Below are positions 53,208 through 62,877 of a stretch of 64,000 bases of DNA, piece after piece. The notes below the pieces were generated by a model that saw only the letters and a list, made by a program, of their open reading frames with translations, was not told the origin of the DNA and did no database searches. Every line of letters starts with the position of its first letter. Within the stretch, counting starts at the first letter, position 1. The position numbers were made by a program, and so were the translations under genes. This DNA is from Spirochaetia bacterium (GTDB taxonomy: Bacteria; Spirochaetota; Spirochaetia; SZUA-6; Bin103), in NCBI GenBank assembly GCA_965203515.1, contig OZ241907.1, positions 1,714,578-1,778,577 on the forward strand, given 5' to 3'.

Positions 53208-54323
53208 TCAGTTTCCAGCCTCGACGGAAATGATGCATGCGTTACGTAAGGAAAGACGTTGACGGTGTTGCTCTAGATCGCCTCTCATAACGACCGTTGA
53301 TCTCTGCCTATGGGCCTCCGTCAGTCGCTCGTAATCAGTTCTCTTGGCGTAAACCTTGACCGATTTCCATTGTCCGTCAATAGGCGCCCGCATGGTGACC
53401 ACACCGTCGCTCTCCCATTCCTCGCGATGCAGACGGTGTATCGGTCCGGTCAGAGATATGTCGGGGTGAGGCTCGCGCTCGCGAAACGACCGCGCTGCTT
53501 CCCGCAGGATCGGAGCGTCGGGGTTAGAGAATTCAACGATCTTTCCAGCCGACTTCATCGGCCGTGTACGAGCCCAGGTCATGTCTACATCAAGCGTCGG
53601 AAACGGACTGATCATCCTGTATAGCGCTTCGCACAGGTTCGCGCTAACCCCCTTGTCGACGACTCTCGCAAAGGCTTCTCCGTCACCTGCAACCGTGCTC
53701 TCCGTAGCGCTCCGGGCAGCGTCGAGAGCCTCGATCAGACGTGTTGTCATCCGTCGTTCGATGGGGGCGTCGAATTCCTCAGAGTCTCCGAACAAGGTCG
53801 GAATCGGTGGAGGTATCGAGATCACTAGTGCGACAACGAAACTTCCCTGTTCGGTCTGTCCCAGACGAACTCGGCTCAGAAGGTCGGCCGCCTCCTTGTT
53901 GGCGCCCGCGCGGTACAGTGCCTGCGGCTCACGCAACGAGCAGGCCGCCGCCAAGAGCATGTCACGCGCGCCATCGATGAGGTCGACGCCGTCGTTCACT
54001 GTCAGGCTGCCGTCATCGCTTCCGCCGGCTCTTACCCGCACGACATCACGGTTGGCGTTCACCAAATCGCGGTAGAGGGCGAGTTCGTCGCGTTCGGTTA
54101 CTCTCGTGAATATCTCGATCAGTTGGGCTACGACACTTGCGTAGTCACCTAAACGTTGCGTGCGTGGCAGGATGATCTCAGGCAGCCCCTCTGCGGCATA
54201 AACGTCGGAATGGGCGCCGTATCTCTCATTCGTCTTGGACCAACCCGCAGCCCGCGCGTAAGCCGAAAGCGCATCCGGCGAAATCGCCCGCAAAGCGTCG
54301 CGATCTCGAATATTCACCTTCAT
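53208..54323 (-). CDS. hypothetical protein (lower-GC, within R-M island)
   Basis: Track ORF. ATGA overlap with the upstream DUF4365 gene. Confidence 0.4.
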   Translation of the reverse strand: MKVNIRDRDALRAISPDALSAYARAAGWSKTNERYGAHSDVYAAEGLPEIILPRTQRLGDYASVVAQLIEIFTRVTERDELALYRDLVNANRDVVRVRAGGSDDGSLTVNDGVDLIDGARDMLLAAACSLREPQALYRAGANKEAADLLSRVRLGQTEQGSFVVALVISIPPPIPTLFGDSEEFDAPIERRMTTRLIEALDAARSATESTVAGDGEAFARVVDKGVSANLCEALYRMISPFPTLDVDMTWARTRPMKSAGKIVEFSNPDAPILREAARSFREREPHPDISLTGPIHRLHREEWESDGVVTMRAPIDGQWKSVKVYAKRTDYERLTEAHRQRSTVVMRGDLEQHRQRLSLRNACIISVEAGN

Positions 54324-54850
54324 CGGACGTTCCCTCCTCTCGATCGATCCATGATCAGACGCAAATTTTTGACGTCAAACACGTTCTCATTCGGAATCCG
54401 CACCGTGACAGAAGATCGGTTGTCGGTCTCATCCGCTCCCACCAAGCTCAGCCAGTAGGCACACCGCCTCAGAGCCAACTCGTCGGTCGTAACTTTAATC
54501 CATTGGTCCTCATCTCTGGGTAGATCGAGCACTACGAGCACGCGTGGTGTCTGGGTCTGAATGCGGAGCAGGTCGTAGTTGCGCCGTTTCAACTCAAAGC
54601 GGTAGTGACCATCGCCCACCGGATTCAGATTGACGGTCGCCTTCAACTGCAAGTCGATGGCCGGCCTCATCCGTCCGCCCGAATGAATTCGGAGATCGAC
54701 ACCGTCACGGTCGAAGTCGCAGTCTGCTGTCACGTACCCCGCACCCGCCGCCACGGCGCGCGCGTACACACGGGACAGCGCTTCTTCCCGATCCGCGGGC
54801 GTAAGCAAAGCATCCTTCACACGGCCTCTATATTCCACTGTCATCCACAC
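54320..54850 (-). CDS. DUF4365-like protein
   Basis: Size and context. Lower GC than surroundings. Confidence 0.4.
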   Translation of the reverse strand: MWMTVEYRGRVKDALLTPADREEALSRVYARAVAAGAGYVTADCDFDRDGVDLRIHSGGRMRPAIDLQLKATVNLNPVGDGHYRFELKRRNYDLLRIQTQTPRVLVVLDLPRDEDQWIKVTTDELALRRCAYWLSLVGADETDNRSSVTVRIPNENVFDVKNLRLIMDRSRGGNVR

Positions 54851-56490
54851 AGCTCCCCGGAAATCAGTTTCGGCAAGAGCGCGTCGAGCTGCGCCATCAG
54901 ATTACGGGATGCATTCTGGTTTGCCAGAATACCCTCCATGTACGGAGACACCAAGTCATCGAACATGCCCGCTACTTTCGTCGGAGGGATAATCGTCGTT
55001 GCGACTGTGAACGTGTCACGTGTTATCGTGTCGAAAATCGTACCATGGGTTCGGGTGGTAAGCTCCTTGATCGACATTCGCAGGTTCCAATAGGTGAATA
55101 GATCCGGGTACCCGTCACGTCCACGAATTCCATAACACGTCTGGTTCATTGCCATCGGGACCCCTAAGCATGCTAATTTGCCTACGGTACCTCGCGCCGT
55201 AATGATTGTCGTCCGAGCAGGAAGGATCCGAGTGGAACTATTGGCGACGCCCAGCGGTGATATGGTACGCTCGGTGTCGATAGCGAAAACGCCGTTGAAC
55301 GAAGGATCGTCCTTTGCGGTATACCAGGGAATATCACCATCCCAGTATTCCGGCACGGACGTTCGGGGAGTGCCTCCGTTGATGATCTCAACGATATTCG
55401 CCAAGGCTCCAATCTCCCAACCGTAAGGTACGTTCGCTCCGTTGTTCGACGCCACGAAGCGGTCAGGGAACAGGTCGGCGATATCTTTGGGCAGGCCGGT
55501 GTCGCGATCTTCTTGCTTGGCCCATACCGGCTCAAAATCGACAAACCACGACATGAACAGCGCTCGTGCCGTTGCATCCAGAGTCTCGTTCATGAGGCAG
55601 TATAGCTTAATTCTTTCGTCAAGTGGTTCAAGTACGCGGACAATGGCGCGCTGTACGTCGAGGGGCGGAACCGGTATCGATATGGATCGAAGATAAGAGA
55701 TCGGCTGCGCTATCGAGGGGACGCCGACCTGGGACGTGTTCGCGAGTAACTTGTGCCGACCTTCGGGTGTCTTGAAGTAGTACGCCACGAACTGCGGGAG
55801 CACCTGACGTCGATCACAGCGCATGTAGAACTGGCTTTGAGAAATGACGTAACGATCGTAGATTGAATTCTCCGGGACATAGGCGACCTGGCCGATGGTA
55901 CCTCGATGAGTGAATACTACGTCGCCTCGTGCTACGTTCGCGTTCCGCAGCCGCTCTGCATGTTCTTCAGTGATGAAGTTGAATCCCGGTCTGTCATCGA
56001 CCATCATTCCGTGGAGATGCTGGCCGCTGATTATCGGTACGCCCGTTGGTACGAACGTGTTCACGCGAATGGATGACCCGAAAGGACCCATCGCGACCTT
56101 CTCGGCGATCTCCTCAATGCGCTTCTCTTGCCACTTCACCCGCCGAGACCGTTCCTTTTCTATAAGAGCCACGTAGTCCCTTTCAATGCGGGAATGAAAG
56201 CTCTCCGGCAAGCGTGCCCAGTCGTGCGCTTCAACCAGGAACGGAACCGTGGAATCGCGCAGTGCTTCCTCGAAATCGGCCAGCCGCGTAATGTCGATCT
56301 TGGCGAGGCCGGGGCCGCGCAGCACGAGGTCGAGGTCGCTGCCGTCGTGGCTCTCGCCGTTCACGCGGCTGCCGTAGGCCCACACTTCCACCTCGGGCAG
56401 GTGCTCCTGCAGCAGCGCTTCGAGCATGGCGCGATGGCGAGCCGACAGATGCAGCGTGCCGGCGGGCCGCTCACCCGGTGCGTCAGGCAT
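54841..56490 (-). CDS. hsdS: in-frame fusion of minimal nucleotidyltransferase (MNT antitoxin-like) domain and type I R-M specificity subunit
   Basis: ATG 56488-56490. AYGSRVNGESHDGSDLDLVL (MNT GSx9-11DxD), then with no intervening stop KVAMGPFGSS...two TRDs...KLISGELCG (HsdS). Track ORF 54841..56721. Confidence 0.55.
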   Translation of the reverse strand: MPDAPGERPAGTLHLSARHRAMLEALLQEHLPEVEVWAYGSRVNGESHDGSDLDLVLRGPGLAKIDITRLADFEEALRDSTVPFLVEAHDWARLPESFHSRIERDYVALIEKERSRRVKWQEKRIEEIAEKVAMGPFGSSIRVNTFVPTGVPIISGQHLHGMMVDDRPGFNFITEEHAERLRNANVARGDVVFTHRGTIGQVAYVPENSIYDRYVISQSQFYMRCDRRQVLPQFVAYYFKTPEGRHKLLANTSQVGVPSIAQPISYLRSISIPVPPLDVQRAIVRVLEPLDERIKLYCLMNETLDATARALFMSWFVDFEPVWAKQEDRDTGLPKDIADLFPDRFVASNNGANVPYGWEIGALANIVEIINGGTPRTSVPEYWDGDIPWYTAKDDPSFNGVFAIDTERTISPLGVANSSTRILPARTTIITARGTVGKLACLGVPMAMNQTCYGIRGRDGYPDLFTYWNLRMSIKELTTRTHGTIFDTITRDTFTVATTIIPPTKVAGMFDDLVSPYMEGILANQNASRNLMAQLDALLPKLISGELCG

Positions 56491-56932
56491 CGCCCGTCCC
56501 GTCGATGACGGCAGCCAACCTCTTGGCGTCGGCGATGAAGGCCGGGAGCAGCTTGAGGGTCGCCTCGGCGAAGCCTTCACCGTAGTCGTGGGCAGTGTCG
56601 TTACGGTTGTCGCGGTACTCCAGCCAGCGCTCGCAGGCGTCCGCCGGCAGCAGGCAGTGCTTGGCGGCGTGGCGGAACACGTCCTTGAACACGAGGCGGT
56701 CGGCCTGCCGGTTGCTGGCAAACCAGGGGCGCAGGCGCTTCTTCAGCAGCTTGCCGCTCTGTTCCAGCACCAACTCGAACTCCTTGACGCAGGCAGCGCG
56801 GTAGATGTCGCGGAGTACGTCGTCGCCGGCAGCCTGGTCGCGGAGTCTGTCGAGCGCCTGCTCCAGGGTCCTGATGCAACGCTTCAGATAGGTGGTGTCT
56901 ATCGCCCTCTGTTCCATTGGGTCCTGGCTCAA
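56483..56932 (-). CDS. hepT: HepT-like HEPN toxin (nucleotidyltransferase substrate-binding protein family)
   Basis: RNDTAHDY (Rx4HxY HEPN motif). Immediately upstream of the MNT domain. Confidence 0.65.
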   Translation of the reverse strand: MSQDPMEQRAIDTTYLKRCIRTLEQALDRLRDQAAGDDVLRDIYRAACVKEFELVLEQSGKLLKKRLRPWFASNRQADRLVFKDVFRHAAKHCLLPADACERWLEYRDNRNDTAHDYGEGFAEATLKLLPAFIADAKRLAAVIDGTGDA

Positions 56933-57074
56933 TCAACCGTGCGCCGGCTACCGAGCCGACGAATCTCGCACGACCGAGCGCTTCAACATACCATGGCGAA
57001 CGCCCCCCATTCACCGGCCGGCGGGCACCGCGGCGCTTGACGTACCGATCTCCGCACGTACAGTACACGTACTC

Positions 57075-57356
57075 ATGGCGAGTGAACGGATTACGAACTA
57101 CACTGAGGCCCGTCAGAATCTCAAGTCGTTGATGGACAGCGTCATCGAGGACGGCACACCGGTGATCATCACGCGGACGACAGGCGACCCGGTGGTCATG
57201 CTGGCCAAGATGGAGTACGACGCCATGATGGAGACCCTTCACCTGCTGCGCTCGCCACGAAACGCGACACGCCTACGCGACGCGATGGCCGGCGTCGAAG
57301 CGGGTAACGTCGTCCACGCCGGCCTCATCGACGGGGAGATCGCCGAGCGGCCGTAA
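57075..57356 (+). CDS. Phd/YefM family antitoxin (apparently orphan)
   Basis: MASERITNYTEARQNLKSLMDSVIEDGTPVIITR resembles a YefM N-terminus. No toxin ORF downstream. Confidence 0.6.
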   Translation: MASERITNYTEARQNLKSLMDSVIEDGTPVIITRTTGDPVVMLAKMEYDAMMETLHLLRSPRNATRLRDAMAGVEAGNVVHAGLIDGEIAERP

Positions 57357-57480
57357 ACCGGGAGCGCACCGGCCGTCATCGCGTTCTCCCGGCAGGGCTT
57401 GGCAGGGTCGTCCGCCGGAACGCGCGGCTGATCAAGGAGTCACCCATTCGTCGTAGCCACGTACGGGGTCACGTGTTGGA

Positions 57481-58074
57481 TCACGGGGAGAAATGTCTGA
57501 GGACACGTACCGCTTGGCTCAAAGTTCCGCCATGAGAGCGCAGCCACTGAGGAACATCGTTTGGGTCAACTGTTAGCCATGCCGTATCTCTACCAGCGCG
57601 ACCGCCGTGCTGTGACTGGATTTCACCCGAACGCCACTTCTCCATCATTATCGACTTTGGGACAATCCAGCAGTGGGCGTTGAATGGTGCTATTCCGAGC
57701 CAGATTCCGATGTGGTAATTCTGGTCACGAAGTTGCTGAAACTTGTACGAACCAGCCTTCCACAGTGTGGAAAATTTGATCTCTACGCGGACGCCGCCAA
57801 TGATCCTGTCAGCTTCGCTATCCGGGGACTTGGCTACGTCGAAGTTCTTTGCGGCGAAGAAACCCGCGACCAGTTGCTCGCCGATCTTTCCTATCTGGCG
57901 AGACGGCCGTGACTTGATCCAGGCGAAGGGACTCCCGGCCCATGACATATCCCCATCTTCATAATCAGCATACAGCGAAGTGGCGATCCCCGTAAGCATC
58001 CTTACGTCCGGATCGGCAATGTTGTAGCTATTGTCCATGAGTTTCCTGAAACAGCGTGGGCTGAGCATCATCAT
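57481..58074 (-). CDS. hypothetical protein, candidate restriction endonuclease partner of the adjacent MTase
   Basis: Markedly lower GC. Co-oriented and overlapping the MTase 3' end. No recognisable motifs. Confidence 0.3.
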   Translation of the reverse strand: MMMLSPRCFRKLMDNSYNIADPDVRMLTGIATSLYADYEDGDMSWAGSPFAWIKSRPSRQIGKIGEQLVAGFFAAKNFDVAKSPDSEADRIIGGVRVEIKFSTLWKAGSYKFQQLRDQNYHIGIWLGIAPFNAHCWIVPKSIMMEKWRSGEIQSQHGGRAGRDTAWLTVDPNDVPQWLRSHGGTLSQAVRVLRHFSP

Positions 58075-58930
58075 CGTGTAGAACGAGGCTTTCGCATCCG
58101 TCGAACTCGACGCCGTACGGCGCCAGGCGCTTGCTCATGACCCGTATCGCATCCGGGTTGTCGTCGATCAGGATGAAGTCGCGGCCGAGCCGCGCAGCGG
58201 CCTCGCCCAGCGTTCCGCTGCCCGCGAAGAAGTCGATCACCAAGTCGCCGGGATGGGTGTGCACGCGGACGATTCGCTCGATGATGCCGAGCGGCTTCTG
58301 CGTCGCGTAGCCGGTCTTTTCCTTGCCATTGGGACTGACGATCGTATGCCACCAGACGTCGGTCGGCGTCTTGCCTCGGGCTGCCTTTTCGGCACCGACC
58401 AGGCCGGGAGCCAGGTACGGAATCCGGTCGATCTCGTCGTACCGGAAGGTGTAGTTTGCCGGATCCTTGGCGTACCAGAGGATGTTGTCGTGCTTGGCCG
58501 GCCATCGGGACTTGGAGCGGCCGCCGTAGTCGTAAGCCCAGATGATCTCGTTGATGAACGACTCGCGACCGAAGAGTTCGTCCAACAGCACCTTGCAATA
58601 GTGGACTTCCCGATAGTCCACGTGCAGGAAGAACGAGCCGTTCGGTTTGAGCACGCGCCGCGCCTCGCGCAACCGAGGTTCCAGGAAGCCGAGGTAATCG
58701 TCGAACGCGTCGGCATAGCCGCTGGAGCCGAGCTCGATAGTCCGATAGCGCTTGCCCTGGAAGCCGGTGCGGTCGCCGGTTACCTCATCCCGCACCGTGC
58801 TGATGGTCGTCCTGGACTGCGTCCGCCCGGTATTGAACGGCGGATCGATATAGACGAGCGCCGCCGACTCGTCCGGCACCGACGCTAGCGCTTCGAGATT
58901 GTCGGCAAAGATCACCTTGCCCATACTCAA
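58028..58930 (-). CDS. beta-class DNA methyltransferase (N6A/N4C; motif IV DPPF precedes motif I FAGSGT)
   Basis: YIDPPFNTG, DFFAGSGTLGEAA. Confidence 0.8.
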   Translation of the reverse strand: MSMGKVIFADNLEALASVPDESAALVYIDPPFNTGRTQSRTTISTVRDEVTGDRTGFQGKRYRTIELGSSGYADAFDDYLGFLEPRLREARRVLKPNGSFFLHVDYREVHYCKVLLDELFGRESFINEIIWAYDYGGRSKSRWPAKHDNILWYAKDPANYTFRYDEIDRIPYLAPGLVGAEKAARGKTPTDVWWHTIVSPNGKEKTGYATQKPLGIIERIVRVHTHPGDLVIDFFAGSGTLGEAAARLGRDFILIDDNPDAIRVMSKRLAPYGVEFDGCESLVLHDDDAQPTLFQETHGQ

Positions 58931-58973
58931 CTCATCTATGAGGTATAACGCTCGATCCTTATGCCACGAGGAG

Positions 58974-59933
58974 TTACAACGGCGCAGCCTGCTCCGCCCC
59001 GGGGGAGGCGTCGCGTTTGAGGGTGCGGTAGGTCTGCTCGTCGATGCCGGTGGCGGATTGGATCACCGGCCACCCGACCCCCTCCCGCAGGAACCCTTCG
59101 ATGGCCTCCATCAGGCCCTTTCGGCGGCCCTTCAACTCGCCTTCCTGCCGGCCTTCCCGGCGCAGCATCTCGCCACAGGTCATCAAATCACCTCTCAGTT
59201 CCGGCGCCATGCGCGGCTTCAGCTCATCCAGCGTGTCCGCCGGCCCGGTCTTCACAATGTACTCCATGAACGCCCGGTAGTAATCCACCCCGCCACGCGC
59301 CGGCTCCCGCTGCAACGCCGCCAGCAGCGGTGCGATCCGCTCCCGCGCCTCCCTCGGAGCCTGCTCGAAGGTGTGCATCATCGCCAGTTGGAGCAGCCGG
59401 CCGCGCAACGCCCCGGCCACGGCCGCCGGCGCCACCTGGGTCTGGTCCAACAGCAGGTGACGGAAGCGCGGCACCCAGGGCTGATCGCGCAGCGCCGGCG
59501 GGAAGGACTCCGCCAGTTCGGTGGCGTAGCGCCAGCGGCGCTTGCCCTGGTAGAACACCAGCGGCAGCACCGGGCGCAGGAACCGTTCCTTGGGGTGGGT
59601 GTGGCGGTCGGCCTCCCAGATGCGGCAGCAGTAGCGCAGCAAGCGCAGCGCCATCCAGCGGTCGGGGCGGGATTGATGTTCGAACAGCAGGTAGAGCCAC
59701 AGCGGCGGCGCGGCCGCGGCGGCGGTGCGCACCTCGAACAGCAGGTCGGAGACGGAGCCGCGCAGTTGCTGGTCGACGAAGGAGCCTGGGGCGCGGCGCA
59801 GGGAGGACCAGAGGAAGCGGCGCCGGAGGGAGTCCGGCAGGCGGGCGCGGAGGAAGGCGGCAGTCTCCTCGGAGTCGGCGAACACTAGGCGGAACAGGTG
59901 ATCGTGGGGCTGGCGCAGCGGCGGTGCCATCAC
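58974..59933 (-). CDS. Rpn/YhgA-family recombination-promoting nuclease / putative transposase, copy 2
   Basis: QPHDHLFRLVF, LYLLFEHQSRPDR, LLRYCCRIW. Paralog of 12223..13254. Confidence 0.7.
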   Translation of the reverse strand: MMAPPLRQPHDHLFRLVFADSEETAAFLRARLPDSLRRRFLWSSLRRAPGSFVDQQLRGSVSDLLFEVRTAAAAAPPLWLYLLFEHQSRPDRWMALRLLRYCCRIWEADRHTHPKERFLRPVLPLVFYQGKRRWRYATELAESFPPALRDQPWVPRFRHLLLDQTQVAPAAVAGALRGRLLQLAMMHTFEQAPREARERIAPLLAALQREPARGGVDYYRAFMEYIVKTGPADTLDELKPRMAPELRGDLMTCGEMLRREGRQEGELKGRRKGLMEAIEGFLREGVGWPVIQSATGIDEQTYRTLKRDASPGAEQAAPL

Positions 59934-60089
59934 GCATTGACATCGACGCGGCGTCCGTGGCGCTTTTCGACGCGCGGCGCCGGCGAGATCGTGCGCGGCG
60001 GAGAATCGACGGTAGAAAGCGGGTCCCCATACGGTTCTCTCCTAGACCTAGAGCGTTGCTTCCGGCGCGGGTTGCGGCATGATCGCCGG

Positions 60090-61754
60090 TCATCCGCCGA
60101 ACCCGAGCCGCTTCAGGTTGTCGGCGATGGCGGCGTCGAGTGAGCGCGCCTCTGCCTGCTGCTCGCGCCACGAGGAGGCGAGGCGCTTCATCTTCTCCGC
60201 GAACGGCTCGCCGTCGTCCGCCGGCGCTGCGGCGCCGACATACCGGCCGGGGGTGAGCACGTAGCCGTGCCGGCGCACCTCCTCCAGCGCGGCGCTCTTG
60301 CAGAAGCCGGGCACGTCGGCGTATTCGCCGGCGCCCTCCTCCCCGCGCCACGCGTGATAGGTGTCGGCGATGCGGGCGATCTCCTCCGCGGTCAGTTCGC
60401 GGTGGGTGCGGTCGACCATGCGGCCGAGCTTGCGCGCGTCGATGAACAGCAGCTCCCCGCGCCGGTCGCGCAGCGCGCCGTTGCCGCGGGCGCGGGCCAG
60501 GAACCACAGGCAGGCCGGTATCTGCGTCGAGTAGAACAGTTGCCCCGGCAGCGCCACCATGCAATCGATCAGGTCCGCCTCGAGCAGGCTCCGGCGAATG
60601 GCGCCTTCGCCGGCTTGGTTCGACGACATCGAGCCGTTGGCCAGCACGAACCCGGCCACGCCGGCCGGCGCCAGATGATGCACGATGTGCTGCGCCCACG
60701 CGAAGTTGGCGTTGCCCTTGGGCGGCGCGCCGTAGCGCCAGCGGCGGTCCTCGGCCAGCCGTTCGCCGCCCCAGTCGGAGACGTTGAACGGCGGATTGGC
60801 CAGGATGAAGTCCGCCTTCAGATCGGGGTGGCGGTCGTCGTGGAAGCTGTCGCCGTGCTCGATCCGTCCGTCGATGCCGCGAATCGCCAGGTTCATCTTG
60901 GCCAGCCGCCACGTCGTGTAATTCGACTCCTGGCCGTAGATCGAGATGTCGGTCGCGGCGCCGCGCGGCGCCTTGCCGCCGTTGCCATTGCCGGTGGCGT
61001 GCGCGTCGATGAACGCGACCGACTGCACGAACATGCCGGACGAGCCGCAGCACGGGTCGTACACCCGCCCCCGGTAGGGCTCCAGCATCTCCACCAGCAG
61101 CTTGACGATGCAGCGCGGGGTGTAGAACTCGCCGCCCTTCTTGCCCTCGGCGCTCGCGAACTGCGACAGGAAGTACTCGTAGACCCGGCCGAGCACGTCC
61201 TTGGAGCGGGCGTCTTCGTCGCCCACCTTGATGTTGCCGATCAAGTCGATGAGCTGGCCGAGGCGCTGCTGGTCGAAGCCGGGGCGGGCGTAATCCTTGG
61301 GCAGCACGTCCTTGAGCGCCGCGTTGTCACGCTCGATGCCGGCCATCGCGTCGTCGACCGCGCGCCCGATGGCAGGCTGCCGCGCCAGCGCCCGGAGGCG
61401 CTCCCAGCGCGCCTCGCGCGGCACCCAGAAGATGTTTTCGGCGCGGTACTCGTCAGGGTCCTCGGGGTCGGCCCCCTCGCCCCGCTCCGCTTCCAGGACG
61501 GCATGACGCTCCTCGAAGGCGTCGGAGATGTACTTGAGGAAGATCAGCCCCAGCACGACGTGCTTGTACTCGGCGGCGTCCAGCGAGCCGCGCAGGGTGT
61601 CGGCCATGCGCCACAGCTCCGCCTCATGGCCGGTGGTGGCGCCGCTGGCGTCGGCGGTAACGGCTGCCTTGCGGGCGGCGCCGGCGTTGCGCCTGTCCGG
61701 CCGCCCGCGCGCCCGTCCTTCCGAATCGCCGTCCCTGATGATGAGTCGTGGCAT
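60090..61754 (-). CDS. hsdM: type I R-M DNA methyltransferase subunit M
   Basis: [11 protein letters not shown]...[17 protein letters not shown] (HsdM_N), [27 protein letters not shown]. Confidence 0.85.
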   Translation of the reverse strand: MPRLIIRDGDSEGRARGRPDRRNAGAARKAAVTADASGATTGHEAELWRMADTLRGSLDAAEYKHVVLGLIFLKYISDAFEERHAVLEAERGEGADPEDPDEYRAENIFWVPREARWERLRALARQPAIGRAVDDAMAGIERDNAALKDVLPKDYARPGFDQQRLGQLIDLIGNIKVGDEDARSKDVLGRVYEYFLSQFASAEGKKGGEFYTPRCIVKLLVEMLEPYRGRVYDPCCGSSGMFVQSVAFIDAHATGNGNGGKAPRGAATDISIYGQESNYTTWRLAKMNLAIRGIDGRIEHGDSFHDDRHPDLKADFILANPPFNVSDWGGERLAEDRRWRYGAPPKGNANFAWAQHIVHHLAPAGVAGFVLANGSMSSNQAGEGAIRRSLLEADLIDCMVALPGQLFYSTQIPACLWFLARARGNGALRDRRGELLFIDARKLGRMVDRTHRELTAEEIARIADTYHAWRGEEGAGEYADVPGFCKSAALEEVRRHGYVLTPGRYVGAAAPADDGEPFAEKMKRLASSWREQQAEARSLDAAIADNLKRLGFGG

Positions 61755-61833
61755 CCTCGCATCAACCTCGTCTCGGGTAGTATACGCGCTATCGGGCGGT
61801 ATCGGCGGCCTTTACGCCGGTACCCGCAGGAGC

Positions 61834-62805
61834 ATGACGCACGTGACGCTGGCACCTCGCAGAATACGCACCTCGATCGTCGGTTTGGTCGCCGCGGTAC
61901 TCGCGATACTGCTGTGGGCCGGTTCGAGTTCGCCGGCGCGGGCGCATGAACGTCAGGACGGCGTGGCGCGCACCGCCGTGGTATCTGCCTTCGCGCCGGA
62001 GCTGTCGATCCTCAAGGCGGAGCTGGACGGCGCCGTCACCCATTCGCTGAACGGCGTGGAGTTCTCCGCCGGGACCCTGCAGGGGCGCCCGGTCGTATTG
62101 TTCCTGAGCGGCATCAGCGTCGTCAACGCGGCGATGACGACCCAGCTCGCCCTGGACCACTTCACCATCGAGCGGATCGTGTTCTCCGGCATCGCCGGCG
62201 GCGTCGATCCCGCGCTCCACGTCGGCGACCTCGTGATCGCCGACCGATGGGGCCAGTATCTCGAACTGGTCTTTGCCCGCGAGGAGGAAGAGGGATGGCG
62301 TCCGCCGCCGTTCTTCGACTATCCGTACCCCAACTACGGCATGATGTTTCCGCGCTCCGTCACCGTGCAGGGCGTGGGCGCCGGCGCAGGCGCGGACGCG
62401 CCGGAGACCCGCTTCTGGTTCCCGGTCGACGCGGCGCTGCTGGCCGCCGCCGGGGAAGCCGCCGCGGCGGTGACGCTCGCTCGCTGTACCGCGGCCGGCG
62501 CCTGCCTGCGGCGCGCGCCCAGGATCGTGGTCGGCGGCGCCGGCGTCTCCGGGAGCGCCTTCATCGACAACGCGGCGTTCCGGGAATACACGTTCGAGAC
62601 CTTCGGCGCGCGCGTGCTGGACATGGAAAGCGCCGCGGTGGCGCACGTGGCCTACGCGAACGGCGTCCCGTTCATCGCCATTCGCAGCCTGTCCGACTTG
62701 GCGGGCGGCGGCGAGGGTGAGAATCAGTTGGAGGTCTTTCTCGATCTCGCGGCCGGCAACGCGGCGGCGGCCGTCAAGTCGCTCCTGCGCGCGCTGCCCG
62801 CATAG
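61834..62805 (+). CDS. nucleoside phosphorylase family 1 protein (MTA/SAH nucleosidase-like) with N-terminal signal/TM segment
   Basis: SIVGLVAAVLAILLWAG hydrophobic N-terminus. AFAPELSILK...VVLFLSGISVVNAAM...IAIRSLSDLAGG resemble PNP_UDP_1 family motifs. RBS GGAG before ATG 61834. Confidence 0.55.
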   Translation: MTHVTLAPRRIRTSIVGLVAAVLAILLWAGSSSPARAHERQDGVARTAVVSAFAPELSILKAELDGAVTHSLNGVEFSAGTLQGRPVVLFLSGISVVNAAMTTQLALDHFTIERIVFSGIAGGVDPALHVGDLVIADRWGQYLELVFAREEEEGWRPPPFFDYPYPNYGMMFPRSVTVQGVGAGAGADAPETRFWFPVDAALLAAAGEAAAAVTLARCTAAGACLRRAPRIVVGGAGVSGSAFIDNAAFREYTFETFGARVLDMESAAVAHVAYANGVPFIAIRSLSDLAGGGEGENQLEVFLDLAAGNAAAAVKSLLRALPA

Positions 62806-62877
62806 ACCGGCCTTGAACCTTGAACAGACCACTTGCCCATACGTGCCAAACGTGAGATATTGATACGTAGCAGCGTC

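Noticed and set aside
59224-61949. Minus ORF 59224..61053 (609 aa) and plus ORF 60267..61949 (560 aa)
   Set aside because: Alternative-frame and antisense shadows over hsdM and Rpn copy 2.
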